The notes under the pieces are model-generated. The model was not told the DNA's origin and made no database searches. It saw nothing but the letters and a program-made list of their open reading frames with translations. From contig CAWKAR010000013.1 of the NCBI GenBank assembly GCA_963847625.1, positions 32,001-96,000 on the forward strand: DNA of 64,000 bases, written 5' to 3'. Below, piece after piece: positions 11,201 through 24,237 of this stretch (position 1 is its first letter; every line of letters begins with the position of its first letter). The stretch comes from a candidate division FCPU426 bacterium. GTDB lineage: Bacteria; Oederibacteriota; Muellerivitia; Muellerivitales; Muellerivitaceae. The translations under genes and the position numbers were made by a program.

Positions 11201-11589
11201 GAGAAAAACCAAAATAGACCCGCCAATAATGCTAAAAGAAAAATCCAATAAACGGTCTGGGGCCAAATCGGATTTCCCCTGAAAAGGTTCACTACAAATG
11301 AGGGCGGAGAAATGCACTCCCCTGTAGCCCGATAAAGGTATACCGGAAGCTGGCCATAAGCAAAAAATTGGACTCGGTAACCTGTGCTGGCTTGAATGCT
11401 GGCAGTTTGGCCAAGAATATTACGTTCATCCGGATGGAAGGAATGTTGAAAATCCCAATTTAAATTATAAAAGCGGAAAATACCGCCTAAAGCGATAATA
11501 AGAACAATTAAGTAATTTTTTTTAATAAATTCCCATGAATTGGAAATAAACAATGAATAATTCGGTTTCTTTGCCACTCTTTTCCTCAT
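5296..11589 (-). CDS. 2097-aa membrane protein: N-terminal PMT/ArnT-like GT-C domain fused to a C-terminal DUF2298 domain
   Basis: N-half has FHPDER, KFVRYMVP and ESFSVYDHPRV. C-half has GEAGMDF, INEFPYFS..GDMHAH, NTWEIP and GIPALMGWDGH. A Pro/Ala/Glu-rich linker joins them. Confidence 0.8.
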   Translation of the reverse strand: MRKRVAKKPNYSLFISNSWEFIKKNYLIVLIIALGGIFRFYNLNWDFQHSFHPDERNILGQTASIQASTGYRVQFFAYGQLPVYLYRATGECISPPSFVVNLFRGNPIWPQTVYWIFLLALLAGLFWFFSREKFRNAAFGISSTAILITLFLYPRFFDIFSIWFNAINDIPLKTASFVFIAVVSFGLSNLISAFMEIEWSGMPLNIALGTTVLFGIVPFILPDAFARAFGVLAFILIVFVGFNWFGWVSRWGRLLNIFLALWAMLASCPHNGPQYTGYGECMLIGRYWAAFFSTLTILGVFLFVKRVYKNSGMALVAAASFAFAVVSIENSHYCITESFITLMLMVMALLSYKIYTEGSWKNYLLTGAAFGLSMAAKTSTLYYVFIFFLGHLLLLSKKNEKEWLREGGKYGESYYSPLAYSILVALSAVLLAVGYKFKGVLQDLFPSNTSEGTNIWVLFMFIFFALALLVFFWGITKIKVLRAQIPYWIKLAASCGLSALIFCLLSPWSLLDFQGFMGSQGYEWHVVSIADACYVLQFKDTLRYLYQLQNLMGIELWWPLGITVVIGMIWVLGRFLLKLFKPVSSNGLLPVPFLKGKSFAFSLPDLMLLCWFIPYFGFIGAWNTKFVRYMVPLIPVFCIFGARFLSDFFEFINRWKFPANILKPLLTAVVLGGGLFYSIAYMHVYSSLNPWIDSSVWIYKHIPPGSAILNEAWGDGLPVDLLPQQDPRIDKPMSPGLYRSKDITPYELHGFPTDNSPVKKNYYANIFQQADYISISSKKLWYTLTDCTPEFRPHGFNAYPVTSRYYRLLWSGLLGFKMVAEFHNFPTLFGWSHPDETGEESFSVYDHPRVYLFKKFENVPPDRILKMIETDDYVKGINRDMMRQITPANVDSFIAQRRQYLQSKDLLAQLDESAPTALAAATPAGNKPLAVKPEARELEKPKEENTASPVEAISQPTPQMKVVTPVTMPGLPDAKTIRILESFTQHPYIENDVPKLPVANLNTFFYQLRAWISWLLLLILLGILALPLTLRIMSPLSSGAYSLSKVFGFLVFSWVVWFFTRVKLLHFTLGSCWAWLLVLAALSLFAYWRDRAFLKSLYAKWGSAWIRQETAFIIAFSVFTFIKLFISHIHDPVSDGYNGGGEAGMDFGFLASVVRGETFPPQNMWMAGEPIGYTFYFGHLMMGILTKTLGLAPAVTYNLALITLFALIFSCAFGLAFALSGRLSSGWIAGFLCAVAGDPAAAKQHLEALHQCFASGSWEIFFKHFPEFWAPLFNFRYDYWGPTRVIPFGNNEGSTINEFPYFSVLYGDMHAHTLAMPFAMLLIGVIASIYLSNTQGPFKWKWDWKTLVTAGFIFGAIAFLNTWEIPTWLILLGIAMMVRNLAPLAKPMLTKGMTLLFISLVSSLTLLGWWLNSGLENLARKIIGFRFELSTHALGGTTGYFVFFAILGIGFPIVWLYLKKKSQLFSKQLLGVLTALGWTLLAMALLWAPFFFADFHPQQNKVMWVKPDIRTSLWNYFNFYGLFLAILLMSFAVAYRARLFKWVGSKTRIRWKWDAFLDAVMDKGADILLPQNAVQGMFILGAFCLMSIWGASWIHWTESQDGGGTIVAQILGTLTVALISFALYLKNRWEIWAAWAALVVLWISLMSIHFLHLTQDLPPTLGLLLFSVLWLLAFFHLGLAIKVLPDRPLSFSYLLVSYFFFVTSVLEVFVMSEYFGFGNGMRNNSMFKYGINAWTLAAISGGIFLPKTFDFFKGFLKAKLKEGPLPGWILRIVSGIFVYVLLRIVLNSFLPSLHTGFVYILNLILIGGILSWLYIEEWLEEGWLRIIAISLGIVLALYNLLPLIKFGSGPVFNYIEKFGEDVSAEVLFPVMVSSIIVAVFSIYFEGRKDTGRRMVFYAWGLLLCALILMVSIYPVSSTNRKCQGFFNQFRIQSMGYAETPTLDGLSFLPRVNPYDAAAINFLNKNIPDQPCLVEFVGEGYNSWGSRYSIFTGIPALMGWDGHVREWVAGRPGMENDISHRFQATEQIFRSTDADTAKKYMDAYGVRLVMVGTVERNGVPGRKGGYPPEGLAKFQQFLPLIYKNPEVEIYYNPPPAFQ

Positions 11590-11691
11590 ACAAATAAATT
11601 AATTAAAAGCTTTTTAGGGAAAAACGCGGGTTAGTATAACGTAAGTTATCGGCAATTAAAACTTTCAAAATACCGCAAGTTTTATAACAGA

Positions 11692-12078
11692 TCACCGGCA
11701 AATTAACTTAAAATCGCCCAAGTTTAAATTGTTACAAAAGACTTTAAATATATATGTTCCTGCCCCTGGCAACATGATCCTCCAAACCGTGATTAGATCA
11801 TGGTAAATGCTATCTTGAAACGATAGCTTTCTAGGAACGCTGTCGGTAATTTTCTCCCCATTAGTGTTAAAAAGACTAATTTCCAATTGGAATTCTCCCC
11901 CTTTTTCGAAGTAGAACCTTGCGAAAGTCACAAATTCAACCCCAAACGGGTACTGGGGAAGATTGAAGCCCTGGAAAACACCCTTCAATTCATAATTCTT
12001 TGTCAAGACATCCTGCATGATGTGATTGCAAAAAAGAAAACCGACTACTTTTGGCAGATTAAAACCAGTGTCATCCAT
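11692..12078 (-). CDS. Small beta-rich protein, DUF6941-like
   Basis: FLFCNHIMQD...YELKGVF N-terminus and PGAGTYIFKVF C-terminus resemble DUF6941. Confidence 0.5.
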   Translation of the reverse strand: MDDTGFNLPKVVGFLFCNHIMQDVLTKNYELKGVFQGFNLPQYPFGVEFVTFARFYFEKGGEFQLEISLFNTNGEKITDSVPRKLSFQDSIYHDLITVWRIMLPGAGTYIFKVFCNNLNLGDFKLICR

Positions 12079-12099
12079 GATTCCCTTCCTTGATTTTTC

Positions 12100-12885
12100 T
12101 CAACGCCCTTTCCAATTCAAGCAGGACAACCGAAATGAATCCCGCATCAGCGGAATGTCGGGCTCCACAACTGCGCTAATTTGGAAAAGCCACTTAATAA
12201 AAGCCAGGAAGCTTAAAAATAATACTATAAACCCGTCCATGACAGTTGTTCCCGGCCGGTAATAGGCGATAGTGACCAAATAGTCATTATCGATATTAAA
12301 ACCCAACCGAGCAGAAATAAGAGCGATTTCCTGAGCACAGGAATATTTGACACCAGTATAGTAACCCAATATAGGCCGGAGTGTCCGAACCCTCATGAGC
12401 CGCAACCCCGACTCAACATCCTTATATTTTTTGCCTGAAAGCAAGGAATTTGTAAAAGTGAGAAATTTGTTGCCGATTACTTTATACCGGGGATAGGCAG
12501 AAAAATCCCGCTGCGTTAAAACAACATCAGCAGCTTTTCGCTCCATATATTCGGCGATCAGGGTTATATATTCGGGTTTATGTTGTCCATCGGCGTCTAT
12601 CGTCACGACGATGTCCTCCTCCTTAATTTTCTTTTTTTTGAGTAAATAAAGAACGAATAAAAAGCCTTTTTTCAAAGCGCCAGCCATTCCGCTATTTCCC
12701 GACAAAGTGACGATATAAGTATTCTTTCTTCTTCGGGCGAAATGGCTAAGAATTGCGGGGGTTTTATCGTTTGAGCCGTCATTGACGCAAATGAGTATAT
12801 TTGAATTTGCATCGATTCTAGAAAGGATATTCTCGAGGGTCTTTTCTTCATTATAAACGGGAAGAACCACGATGATTTTCGGCAA
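12100..12885 (-). CDS. GT2 glycosyltransferase (Dpm1-like)
   Basis: VVLPVYNEE, VNDGSND, TIDADGQH, DVESGLR. Confidence 0.9.
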   Translation of the reverse strand: MPKIIVVLPVYNEEKTLENILSRIDANSNILICVNDGSNDKTPAILSHFARRRKNTYIVTLSGNSGMAGALKKGFLFVLYLLKKKKIKEEDIVVTIDADGQHKPEYITLIAEYMERKAADVVLTQRDFSAYPRYKVIGNKFLTFTNSLLSGKKYKDVESGLRLMRVRTLRPILGYYTGVKYSCAQEIALISARLGFNIDNDYLVTIAYYRPGTTVMDGFIVLFLSFLAFIKWLFQISAVVEPDIPLMRDSFRLSCLNWKGR

Positions 12886-12909
12886 GGAAATACCTTTTTT
12901 CCTAAGGAT

Positions 12910-12938
12910 AAAAAAAACCGAAGCTTTTAAGAATTCGG
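12910..12938 (-). terminator. Probable intrinsic terminator
   Basis: Minus strand reads CCGAATTCTTAAAAGCTTCGG followed by a T-run. Confidence 0.5.
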
Positions 12939-12962
12939 GCTTTCATCATACCACTAAACTAG

Positions 12963-13093
12963 GAGTTCCTCGTAGGTGGAAGTTAAATCAGTAGTCGGCA
13001 AATGATCCGCATCCTCGAATGGCAGCCTTCCTGGGGCGAATTTTATTTAGCATAGGAGCCATTGTCTACGTCCGTTCCACGTAGGTAGGAAGT
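12963..13093 (-). ncRNA. Candidate rod-shaped structured RNA (6S-like?)
   Basis: Ends TTCCTACCTACGTGGAA and TTCCACCTACGAGGAA can pair; inner pairings AATGGC/GCCATT and TCCT/AGGA; GC-richer than flanks; a terminator follows. Confidence 0.25.
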
Positions 13094-13140
13094 ATAAATT
13101 CCGACAGTAATTTCCATAAGATACTACTACGCCAATACTT

Positions 13141-13296
13141 TCAAAGAGATTCCCTTGATTCCCGAAGCTTTAATAGTTCCAAGGCTTTATTCTTCTTTGA
13201 AACCTTGATACGAGTTTGCGGTTTTATGGACCATGTTTTCCGTATTTTTCCCATTCTTTCCTTAGATTTAATTTTAATAATCTTTGTTATTTTCAT
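13141..13296 (-). CDS. Small basic protein (51 aa, or 37 aa from the ATG at 13254)
   Basis: Manual translation MKITKIIKIKSKERMGKIRKTWSIKPQTRIKVSKKNKALELLKLRESRESL; SD-like AAGGTG before 13296 and AAGGA before 13254. Confidence 0.55.
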   Translation of the reverse strand: MKITKIIKIKSKERMGKIRKTWSIKPQTRIKVSKKNKALELLKLRESRESL

Positions 13297-13316
13297 TTAA
13301 CACCTTTTTCAATCTT

Positions 13317-14371
13317 CCCGAGTTCCATAAGTAAGTGCAACACTTAGTGTCTGAAGAAGGCCGCATGAATAGGATATGCGGCTATGAAAAAGAAATACAA
13401 GCATTTAAGCGTTGAAGAAAGAGATCATTTATCCGTCTTGAAAGGAAAGGGTCTTAGCCTTCGAGCCATTTCCCGCGCCTTGAAGAGGTCTCCTTCCACC
13501 CTCTCCAGGGAACTCAAGCGCAATGCTCCCCCTATCCGTTCTGGTTATTATCTTTCTCATCGAGCCCATCAACGGTATGTTGACCGCAACCAACAACGAG
13601 CACGCCGTTTACGCCTGAAAACAAAACGAATTCGTGCCTACGTCCGTCGTCAATTGAAACGAGGCTGGTCACCAGAACTCATTTCAGGTCGATTAGGTCA
13701 CCTACGGCCTAAGCAAACCATTGGTCCTGAAGCTATCTATCAGTGGGTTTACGCTGAAGCCACTGAGCTGATTCCTTGCCTAGTTCGACACCACCGGCGA
13801 CGATTCTCATTTGGCCACAGCCGTAAGCACGCCAAAAACCATATCCCAGGCCGTGTTTCCATCGATAAGCGCTCCGAGATCGCCAATCAACGCAAGCAAT
13901 TCGGCCATTGGGAAACCGACACCATGGTCTCTCGTCAGAGTAAAGTGGCTATGCGGGCTCTCGTCGAGCGTCAAAGCCGTTTTTCCAAGTTGGGAAAGCT
14001 CAAACGAAAGACCGCTCGCCAAATGAGTCATAGCCTCAACCGCGCTTTATGCCGCTTCCCTCAAGACGCCCGCTTGAGTCTGACCTATGACAACGGAACC
14101 GAAAACACCAACCACTTGGAAACCAACCACGTGCTTGGTACAAAATCCTTTTTCTGCGCCCCTTTCCACAGTTGGGAAAAAGGTACTGTGGAAAATACTA
14201 TCGGTCTTGTCCGCCGCCATTTGCCTAAAAAGACTGATCTTGCTAAAGTGTCCTTCAAAAAATTCAGGGCCATAGAAAGATGGCTCAATAACAGACCCAG
14301 GAAATGTTTGGGCTTTAAAACTCCGGCGGAAGTCTTCCGGCGAAGTGTTGCACTTACTCCGTGAATTCGGC
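13317..14371 (+). mobile_element. IS30-family insertion sequence, copy 1 (1055 bp)
   Basis: Imperfect terminal IRs CCGAGTTCCATAAGTAAGTGCAACACT and (rc) CCGAATTCACGGAGTAAGTGCAACACT; 3-bp direct repeat CTT on both flanks; ends defined by comparison with copy 2. Confidence 0.95.
13384..14364 (+). CDS. IS30-family DDE transposase
   Basis: N-terminal HTH (RSPSTLSRELKRN), WSPELI, GHWETDT, TYDNGTE, WEKGTVENTIGLVR, NNRPRKCLGFKTPAE. Confidence 0.97.
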   Translation: MKKKYKHLSVEERDHLSVLKGKGLSLRAISRALKRSPSTLSRELKRNAPPIRSGYYLSHRAHQRYVDRNQQRARRLRLKTKRIRAYVRRQLKRGWSPELISGRLGHLRPKQTIGPEAIYQWVYAEATELIPCLVRHHRRRFSFGHSRKHAKNHIPGRVSIDKRSEIANQRKQFGHWETDTMVSRQSKVAMRALVERQSRFSKLGKLKRKTARQMSHSLNRALCRFPQDARLSLTYDNGTENTNHLETNHVLGTKSFFCAPFHSWEKGTVENTIGLVRRHLPKKTDLAKVSFKKFRAIERWLNNRPRKCLGFKTPAEVFRRSVALTP

Positions 14372-14458
14372 CTTGCCTTTGTCGCTATTCATTGATTGAT
14401 CTACCTCCTAAAAATGCGTCCCTTATAATCTCTCGAGATATTAAACTTCATATTTAAA

Positions 14459-16687
14459 ATGAGCGTTTTATTTGGCAAAAAGATATTTTTCATCATTACA
14501 AAAAAAGTTCTTTTTTCCAAGAAATCACCGCAAGAGTTAAAATATGTACCCATGAATCGCCACGATTTAATACGTTCGTCCTCTTCTGACAAGTCCTTCC
14601 ATCTTCTATATCTTTTATCCATTATTTTTTTAGTCACATTTTTTTTCCACCTCATCAGCGCCTCGCCGACCTTTTTTCAAGACGATTCCCCCGAAGCAAT
14701 TTCAGCAGCCTGGATTCTTGGAGTCTCACACGCGCCTAGTTATCCCCTACATACCCTTTTAGGAGCATGTTTACGTTGGTTGCAAGTCGGGAATCCGACA
14801 TTTTCTTATACTTTTCTTATATTACTTCTCTCTTCTTCAGGAAGTGTTCTTATTTCCATATGTCTTTGGGTCTTGCTCAAACCCATTTTCCTCTCTTCAA
14901 CCCAGTTTAAACATCGATCTTGGATCTTATATCTAATAATAACCTATGGCGGTTTTGAACTGGCTTTTGCAAAAAGCTATTGGAGCGCTTCTCTTTCCGC
15001 CAAGGGAAGCATTTACGTTTTACAGGTCATATTGGCAATTTCGGCTTTCTTCTTCGCGCTAAAACTGGCCCATTTTCCGCAAAATAATTTAAAACATTTA
15101 TCTAATATTTCTAAATTATTCCTGGGATTCATTTTCATTTTCTCATTAGGTTTCAGCCATCATTGGCAAAGCCAGGTGCTTCTTCTTCCATCAGTTTTTT
15201 TATGCTTTTCAGCGTTCCCCAAAAAAGGTTGGCGCATAAAAGGAAAACCCGGGTTTATATCACTATCCTTTTGCCTCTTGGTGATCGGGTTTAGTCTTTA
15301 TCTTTATTTGCCTCTAAGAGCTAACTTTCACCCCGCCTTGAATATCAACATCCCAAATAATTGGACTCGATTTATCGAATCAATTACTCGAGCTGATGCC
15401 CGTAAATTGGAATCTGATATTTCCAATGTTTTCTCGCTCGAGAAAAGGCCGGGTTCCTTCGGGAAAAATGCATTATCACTCGTGAACAACATCAGCGGAA
15501 AAGCGCTTTATATTTCAAATCATTTTATAAAAGAGATAAGCGTAATACCGGCCCTGCTTTGCTTATTGGGAATGGTTTTCCTCTCGATTCGCCCACGCGG
15601 TCCTCTAGGAATCTTCATACTCTGGGCGCTTTTCATGTCCTTAATCGCCAATCTTTTTTACCAGAAATTACAGCCTGTTGAATATTGGCATTTGGATAAT
15701 TATTTGATGGGCAATACCTGGTGTTTAGTTATTCTAAGCGCTTCTGGTTTAGGATGGATTTTTTATTCGGTTGGATTCCGGGTAAAACATTGTCGGACAA
15801 AAAACTGGATATTAGGCTTTGGAGTTGCGTTCCTAATGTGTTTAACCTTTTCCAATAGTCTAAGTACTTCCGGCATGACTAAAGAGTATCTTTATTACCA
15901 TTACGGAATAAACATTTTGAAATCTTTACCTAAAAACTCAATTTATTTCGCTGAAACCGATTACGATTATTTTTCCTGTCTTTATATGAAATTCGTGGAG
16001 AATAAACGCTCGGATGTGGAGTTGGTGTTTACACCGATGTTCAAAAAACAGTGGCCCCAAGAGGAGATTAAATCTCAATACCCCAACCTAACTCAAAAAT
16101 GGACAAATCCCTCATCCACAAATACATCTAATTCTTCTCGAGAATTGTTTAAAGTCATCATTGAATCCAATCAAACCGTTCATCCAATTTATTTTACTTT
16201 TTCAAACAGTATATTCGCGGATATGTATTTAAAAAGTGAGCCCTTTTTAATGTTTCAGCCATCTGGTCTCCTGTTGGAATTATCAGCGAAAGGCCAAAAA
16301 TTAACGTGCTCTTCACATTTAGTTATTTTAAACAATTTTTGGGAATGTTCTTTAAAACCCGCCTTGAATAACCCGCTTCCTTCAAATGTATTTCTTTTAG
16401 ACGCATGCGCGCATCCGTATTTAAACACTGCTTATTATGGAAAAGCCCGGGGAAACATGCTTGACTGGGATTGGTGTCTTGAGAAGGCGGCCCAGATCAT
16501 CCAAGATCCAATTTGGGAAACTCAGACCTGGAAGGAAAAAGGTGAAGGAGACATTACCGAAGGGAAATATCTAGAGGCGGTTCAAGCCTTTCAAAACTCC
16601 TTATCAATAACTCAATTAATAAAAAGGCCGGATTTAGCCGAGCCAATCATGCAAGAATTATCGTTGATTAACCAAAAACACCGTTAA
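14459..16687 (+). CDS. DUF2723 / TMEM260-like GT-C membrane glycosyltransferase with C-terminal TPR; true start may be ~14552
   Basis: SPTFFQDDSPE..AAWILGVSHAPSYPL, LYLYLPLRA..HPALN; many TM segments. Confidence 0.8.
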   Translation: MSVLFGKKIFFIITKKVLFSKKSPQELKYVPMNRHDLIRSSSSDKSFHLLYLLSIIFLVTFFFHLISASPTFFQDDSPEAISAAWILGVSHAPSYPLHTLLGACLRWLQVGNPTFSYTFLILLLSSSGSVLISICLWVLLKPIFLSSTQFKHRSWILYLIITYGGFELAFAKSYWSASLSAKGSIYVLQVILAISAFFFALKLAHFPQNNLKHLSNISKLFLGFIFIFSLGFSHHWQSQVLLLPSVFLCFSAFPKKGWRIKGKPGFISLSFCLLVIGFSLYLYLPLRANFHPALNINIPNNWTRFIESITRADARKLESDISNVFSLEKRPGSFGKNALSLVNNISGKALYISNHFIKEISVIPALLCLLGMVFLSIRPRGPLGIFILWALFMSLIANLFYQKLQPVEYWHLDNYLMGNTWCLVILSASGLGWIFYSVGFRVKHCRTKNWILGFGVAFLMCLTFSNSLSTSGMTKEYLYYHYGINILKSLPKNSIYFAETDYDYFSCLYMKFVENKRSDVELVFTPMFKKQWPQEEIKSQYPNLTQKWTNPSSTNTSNSSRELFKVIIESNQTVHPIYFTFSNSIFADMYLKSEPFLMFQPSGLLLELSAKGQKLTCSSHLVILNNFWECSLKPALNNPLPSNVFLLDACAHPYLNTAYYGKARGNMLDWDWCLEKAAQIIQDPIWETQTWKEKGEGDITEGKYLEAVQAFQNSLSITQLIKRPDLAEPIMQELSLINQKHR

Positions 16688-16700
16688 TTCGATTGAAAAT

Positions 16701-16740
16701 AAAAAAAACCCAGCCATATTTCTATGACTGGGCTCGTTTT
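16701..16740. terminator. Bidirectional intrinsic terminator between DUF2723 and the rrn operon
   Basis: A8-CCCAGCCATA-tttc-TATGACTGGG...TTTT. Confidence 0.75.
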
Positions 16741-16744
16741 AAAA

Positions 16745-16861
<117 letters not shown>

Positions 16862-17007
16862 AACAGCGATCTCAGTTTCTGTTGTTACGCAGAACTGGAA
16901 AAATTATTTACGATAATGTGATTTTATTCTCACATTGACCTTCTTTCAAACAAAAGAAGGTTAGAAATACTAACTCCTGAACCGAAGATGCGGTGATAAT
17001 GAAACAT

Positions 17008-20048
<3,041 letters not shown>

Positions 20049-20260
20049 CATGTTTCTTTGCCACCGCATAAGAATCTTTTATGCACTCGGTTCAGCTTAC
20101 TAGTAGTATTTCTATCGTTTTTCAAAGAACTAGTCCGTTCCCTTAGGAACAGTTCCGTCGATTTGGCGGATGAAAGTTTCTGCCTTAATACAGCAAAAAC
20201 TCCACGAATCATTCGTTGAACGAACGATTCATGCAGTTTTTGGGTTCCCCCACCTGAAAA

Positions 20261-20336
20261 TGGTGGAGATGACCGGAATCGAACCGGCGACCCCCTGCTT
20301 GCAAAGCAGGTGCTCTCCCAACTGAGCTACATCCCC
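20261..20336 (-). tRNA. tRNA-Ala(UGC)
   Basis: GGGGATGTAGCTCAGTTGGGAGAGCACCTGCTTTGCAAGCAGG...CTCCACCA. Confidence 0.97.
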
Positions 20337-20372
20337 TTCGCCTTTATCGCCCAGATAGCCCACTCAAAAAAT

Positions 20373-20449
<77 letters not shown>

Positions 20450-20617
20450 ATCCCAGTTTGGCGCAGGATATGGCGGTTATTTTTAACCCAATCACCTTCA
20501 AGGTCAAATTCAGATTGGCCCCTCAAAACTAAATAGTGCATAACTCGTTTGGGTATCCACTTTGGAGTTACGGATTGAGCTAGCCCTCAAAAAAGGGTTC
20601 CTCATCCATGGTCTCCA

Positions 20618-22176
<1,559 letters not shown>

Positions 22177-22235
22177 AGAGCTTTTAAAGGCTCTGCACAA
22201 CTCAAACTACATTGACAAGCACCCAAACTTATTTC

Positions 22236-22264
22236 ATATGCACTATTTAGTTTTCAAAGACCAA
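22236..22264 (-). promoter_or_regulatory. rrn leader boxA and 16S processing stalk
   Basis: Minus strand TGGTCTTTGAAAAC followed by TAAATAGTGCAT, complementary to the segment at ~20525-20541; second boxA-like GTTCTTTGAAAA at ~20120-20131. Confidence 0.75.
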
Positions 22265-22497
22265 TCACCCTTTGATAAAAAACTAAAGGTCAATCCAAAA
22301 ACAATTGGATCACAAAGAAAAGCATCCATTCGATGCTTAACCCACCAAAGATTTATTCAATTCTTTAGTGTGATGCGCACCGCAATCGAAAATAACTAGT
22401 TAATTCGATTGTATTTGGTTTCAAGTCAAAGAACCGTTTTCTTTCACTTTCTCCGTAAAAGAAAGGAGGCCACAAGCCTTAGTGGTCAAGAGGGTTA

Positions 22498-22526
22498 CTT
22501 ATACAAAAACCTTGTATCCCTGTCAA
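22498..22526 (-). promoter_or_regulatory. Sigma70-type rrn promoter
   Basis: TTGACA-17 nt-TATAAG, with an AT-rich upstream region. Confidence 0.8.
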
Positions 22527-22553
22527 TAAATATTAAGCTTTTTTTGATTAATT

Positions 22554-24050
22554 TCAAGATTTGTAATTTTGTTGTGTTAAAGACACAGGAATATCTTGTT
22601 TTTTTGAACTTGCTTTCGAAGAAGATTCCCAAATCCAGCTTTGGATAAAGTTTAAGGCTTGCCTAACATTTGTTATAAAATCCTTGATATTCCTTATTTT
22701 TTTAAACCTTTTAATGATGTAACCCGGGCGTAGATAAAATGCACGATAGGCTTTCTTTCTAGCTTCATGCAACTCTTTAACACTTAAGGAAGGAAGATTT
22801 AAAATAGGCTGGTTTAATTCATATTTCGCATAATCGTTCGTTGTAATCCAACCATTTTTCTTCCCTATTTCTTCTAATTCTGTTTTGGGAAAAGGTATTG
22901 CACAATAAAATTGGGCATAATCGGGATCCAATTCAATTACATATTTTATAGTTTGCTTAATAGTATCCATGGTATCGCCGGGAAGCCCAAAAATAATATG
23001 AGTTAAAACCTCGATTCCTGCATCCTTCGTCAACTTTACAGCAACCCGGGCTTGTTCGGCGGTTGCACCCTTTTTCATTTTATGGAGTATTTCATCAACA
23101 CCAGATTCAACACCATAAGAAATACCGATACAACCCGAGACTTTCATTTCGCTTAAAACTTCTTGATCTACATGGTCAACACGGCTATTGGCCATCCAGC
23201 GGATCCTCTTTTCCAAACACCGGTTCTTAATTTCCGCACAGATATCCATGACAAATTTTTTACTTTGGTTAAAAGTATCTGACCACATTGTAAAATTACG
23301 GATTTTATATTTTTCAAGGCATTCTTGCATTTCATCAACAATATTTTTGGCACTTCGAAGTCGAAGTTTCTTTCCATAATATTGATGAGCAGTACAATAA
23401 ATGCACGAATAGGGACATCCCCTGCTGGTAATAATAAGGGTATAAGGTTCATTTATTACAGGTAATGTATATCGTGCATTATCCAGAAGATGACGCGCCG
23501 CAAAAGGCAAATCGTCAAGGTTTTCATTAAAAGGCCGATCTGCATTGTGGACAATCGAACCGTCATCTTTTTTATAGGATATTCCTAAAACAGTTTGAAG
23601 ATCCTTCCCTTTTTCCAAAGCATCGACTAGATCCTGTGCCGTCAACTCCGGCTCTCGACGGATAATAGACTCCAAAGCAGAAACCTTTAATATTTCTTCC
23701 GGGAGTGAAGTAGCATGGTTCCCAATAACCGTAAAATGAGCATTAGAAATTTTATGTATTCTATTAATAACCTCAATATCACTTGTCGAAGTTACCGTTG
23801 ACATATTAAAAAGTATGAACGAAGGTTCTAACTCACGGACTAACTTTTCCAAACCATTTATATCAATGCAATTAGCGATGCAATCCGCCAAAAACACTTC
23901 ATGATTTTTCGACTCCAAGGCTGCAGCAATCATCGGAAGAGAAATCGGAACCATAACATATTGAAAAGAATTTAATCGTTGTTCACACCGGCCTTCCCGG
24001 ATATAACCCATTCCGTTACTGGTTGGCGGATTCACAATCATTGTTTTCAT
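22554..24050 (-). CDS. B12-binding radical SAM protein (HpnJ/BchE-like)
   Basis: TSRGCPYSCIYC, YGVESG, IFGLPGDT; likely start MKTMIVNPP at 24050. Confidence 0.9.
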   Translation of the reverse strand: MKTMIVNPPTSNGMGYIREGRCEQRLNSFQYVMVPISLPMIAAALESKNHEVFLADCIANCIDINGLEKLVRELEPSFILFNMSTVTSTSDIEVINRIHKISNAHFTVIGNHATSLPEEILKVSALESIIRREPELTAQDLVDALEKGKDLQTVLGISYKKDDGSIVHNADRPFNENLDDLPFAARHLLDNARYTLPVINEPYTLIITSRGCPYSCIYCTAHQYYGKKLRLRSAKNIVDEMQECLEKYKIRNFTMWSDTFNQSKKFVMDICAEIKNRCLEKRIRWMANSRVDHVDQEVLSEMKVSGCIGISYGVESGVDEILHKMKKGATAEQARVAVKLTKDAGIEVLTHIIFGLPGDTMDTIKQTIKYVIELDPDYAQFYCAIPFPKTELEEIGKKNGWITTNDYAKYELNQPILNLPSLSVKELHEARKKAYRAFYLRPGYIIKRFKKIRNIKDFITNVRQALNFIQSWIWESSSKASSKKQDIPVSLTQQNYKS

Positions 24051-24237
24051 TTGAATCTCATTCCATTTATTCCCATTAAAAATACTATTCAATTGATATT
24101 GGGGATTCAAGTCATAGTCAAAATAATGATTTTTATGCAGGAAAGATGCTAAAAAGATATAAAACTTTAGGATTAAGCATAGAACTTTTAGTGCTTGAAT
24201 ATAATAAAGATATCCCATGTAAATCATGGAATAATTA

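Noticed and set aside
12965..13092. Possible CRISPR mini-array (the repeat loosely resembles type I-B repeats)
   Set aside because: Only two degenerate copies ~109 nt apart, a spacer too long for CRISPR, and no cas genes.
24051..24227. N-terminal extension of the radical SAM ORF
   Set aside because: AT-rich and non-homologous-looking; the domain starts at MKTMIVNPP (24050).
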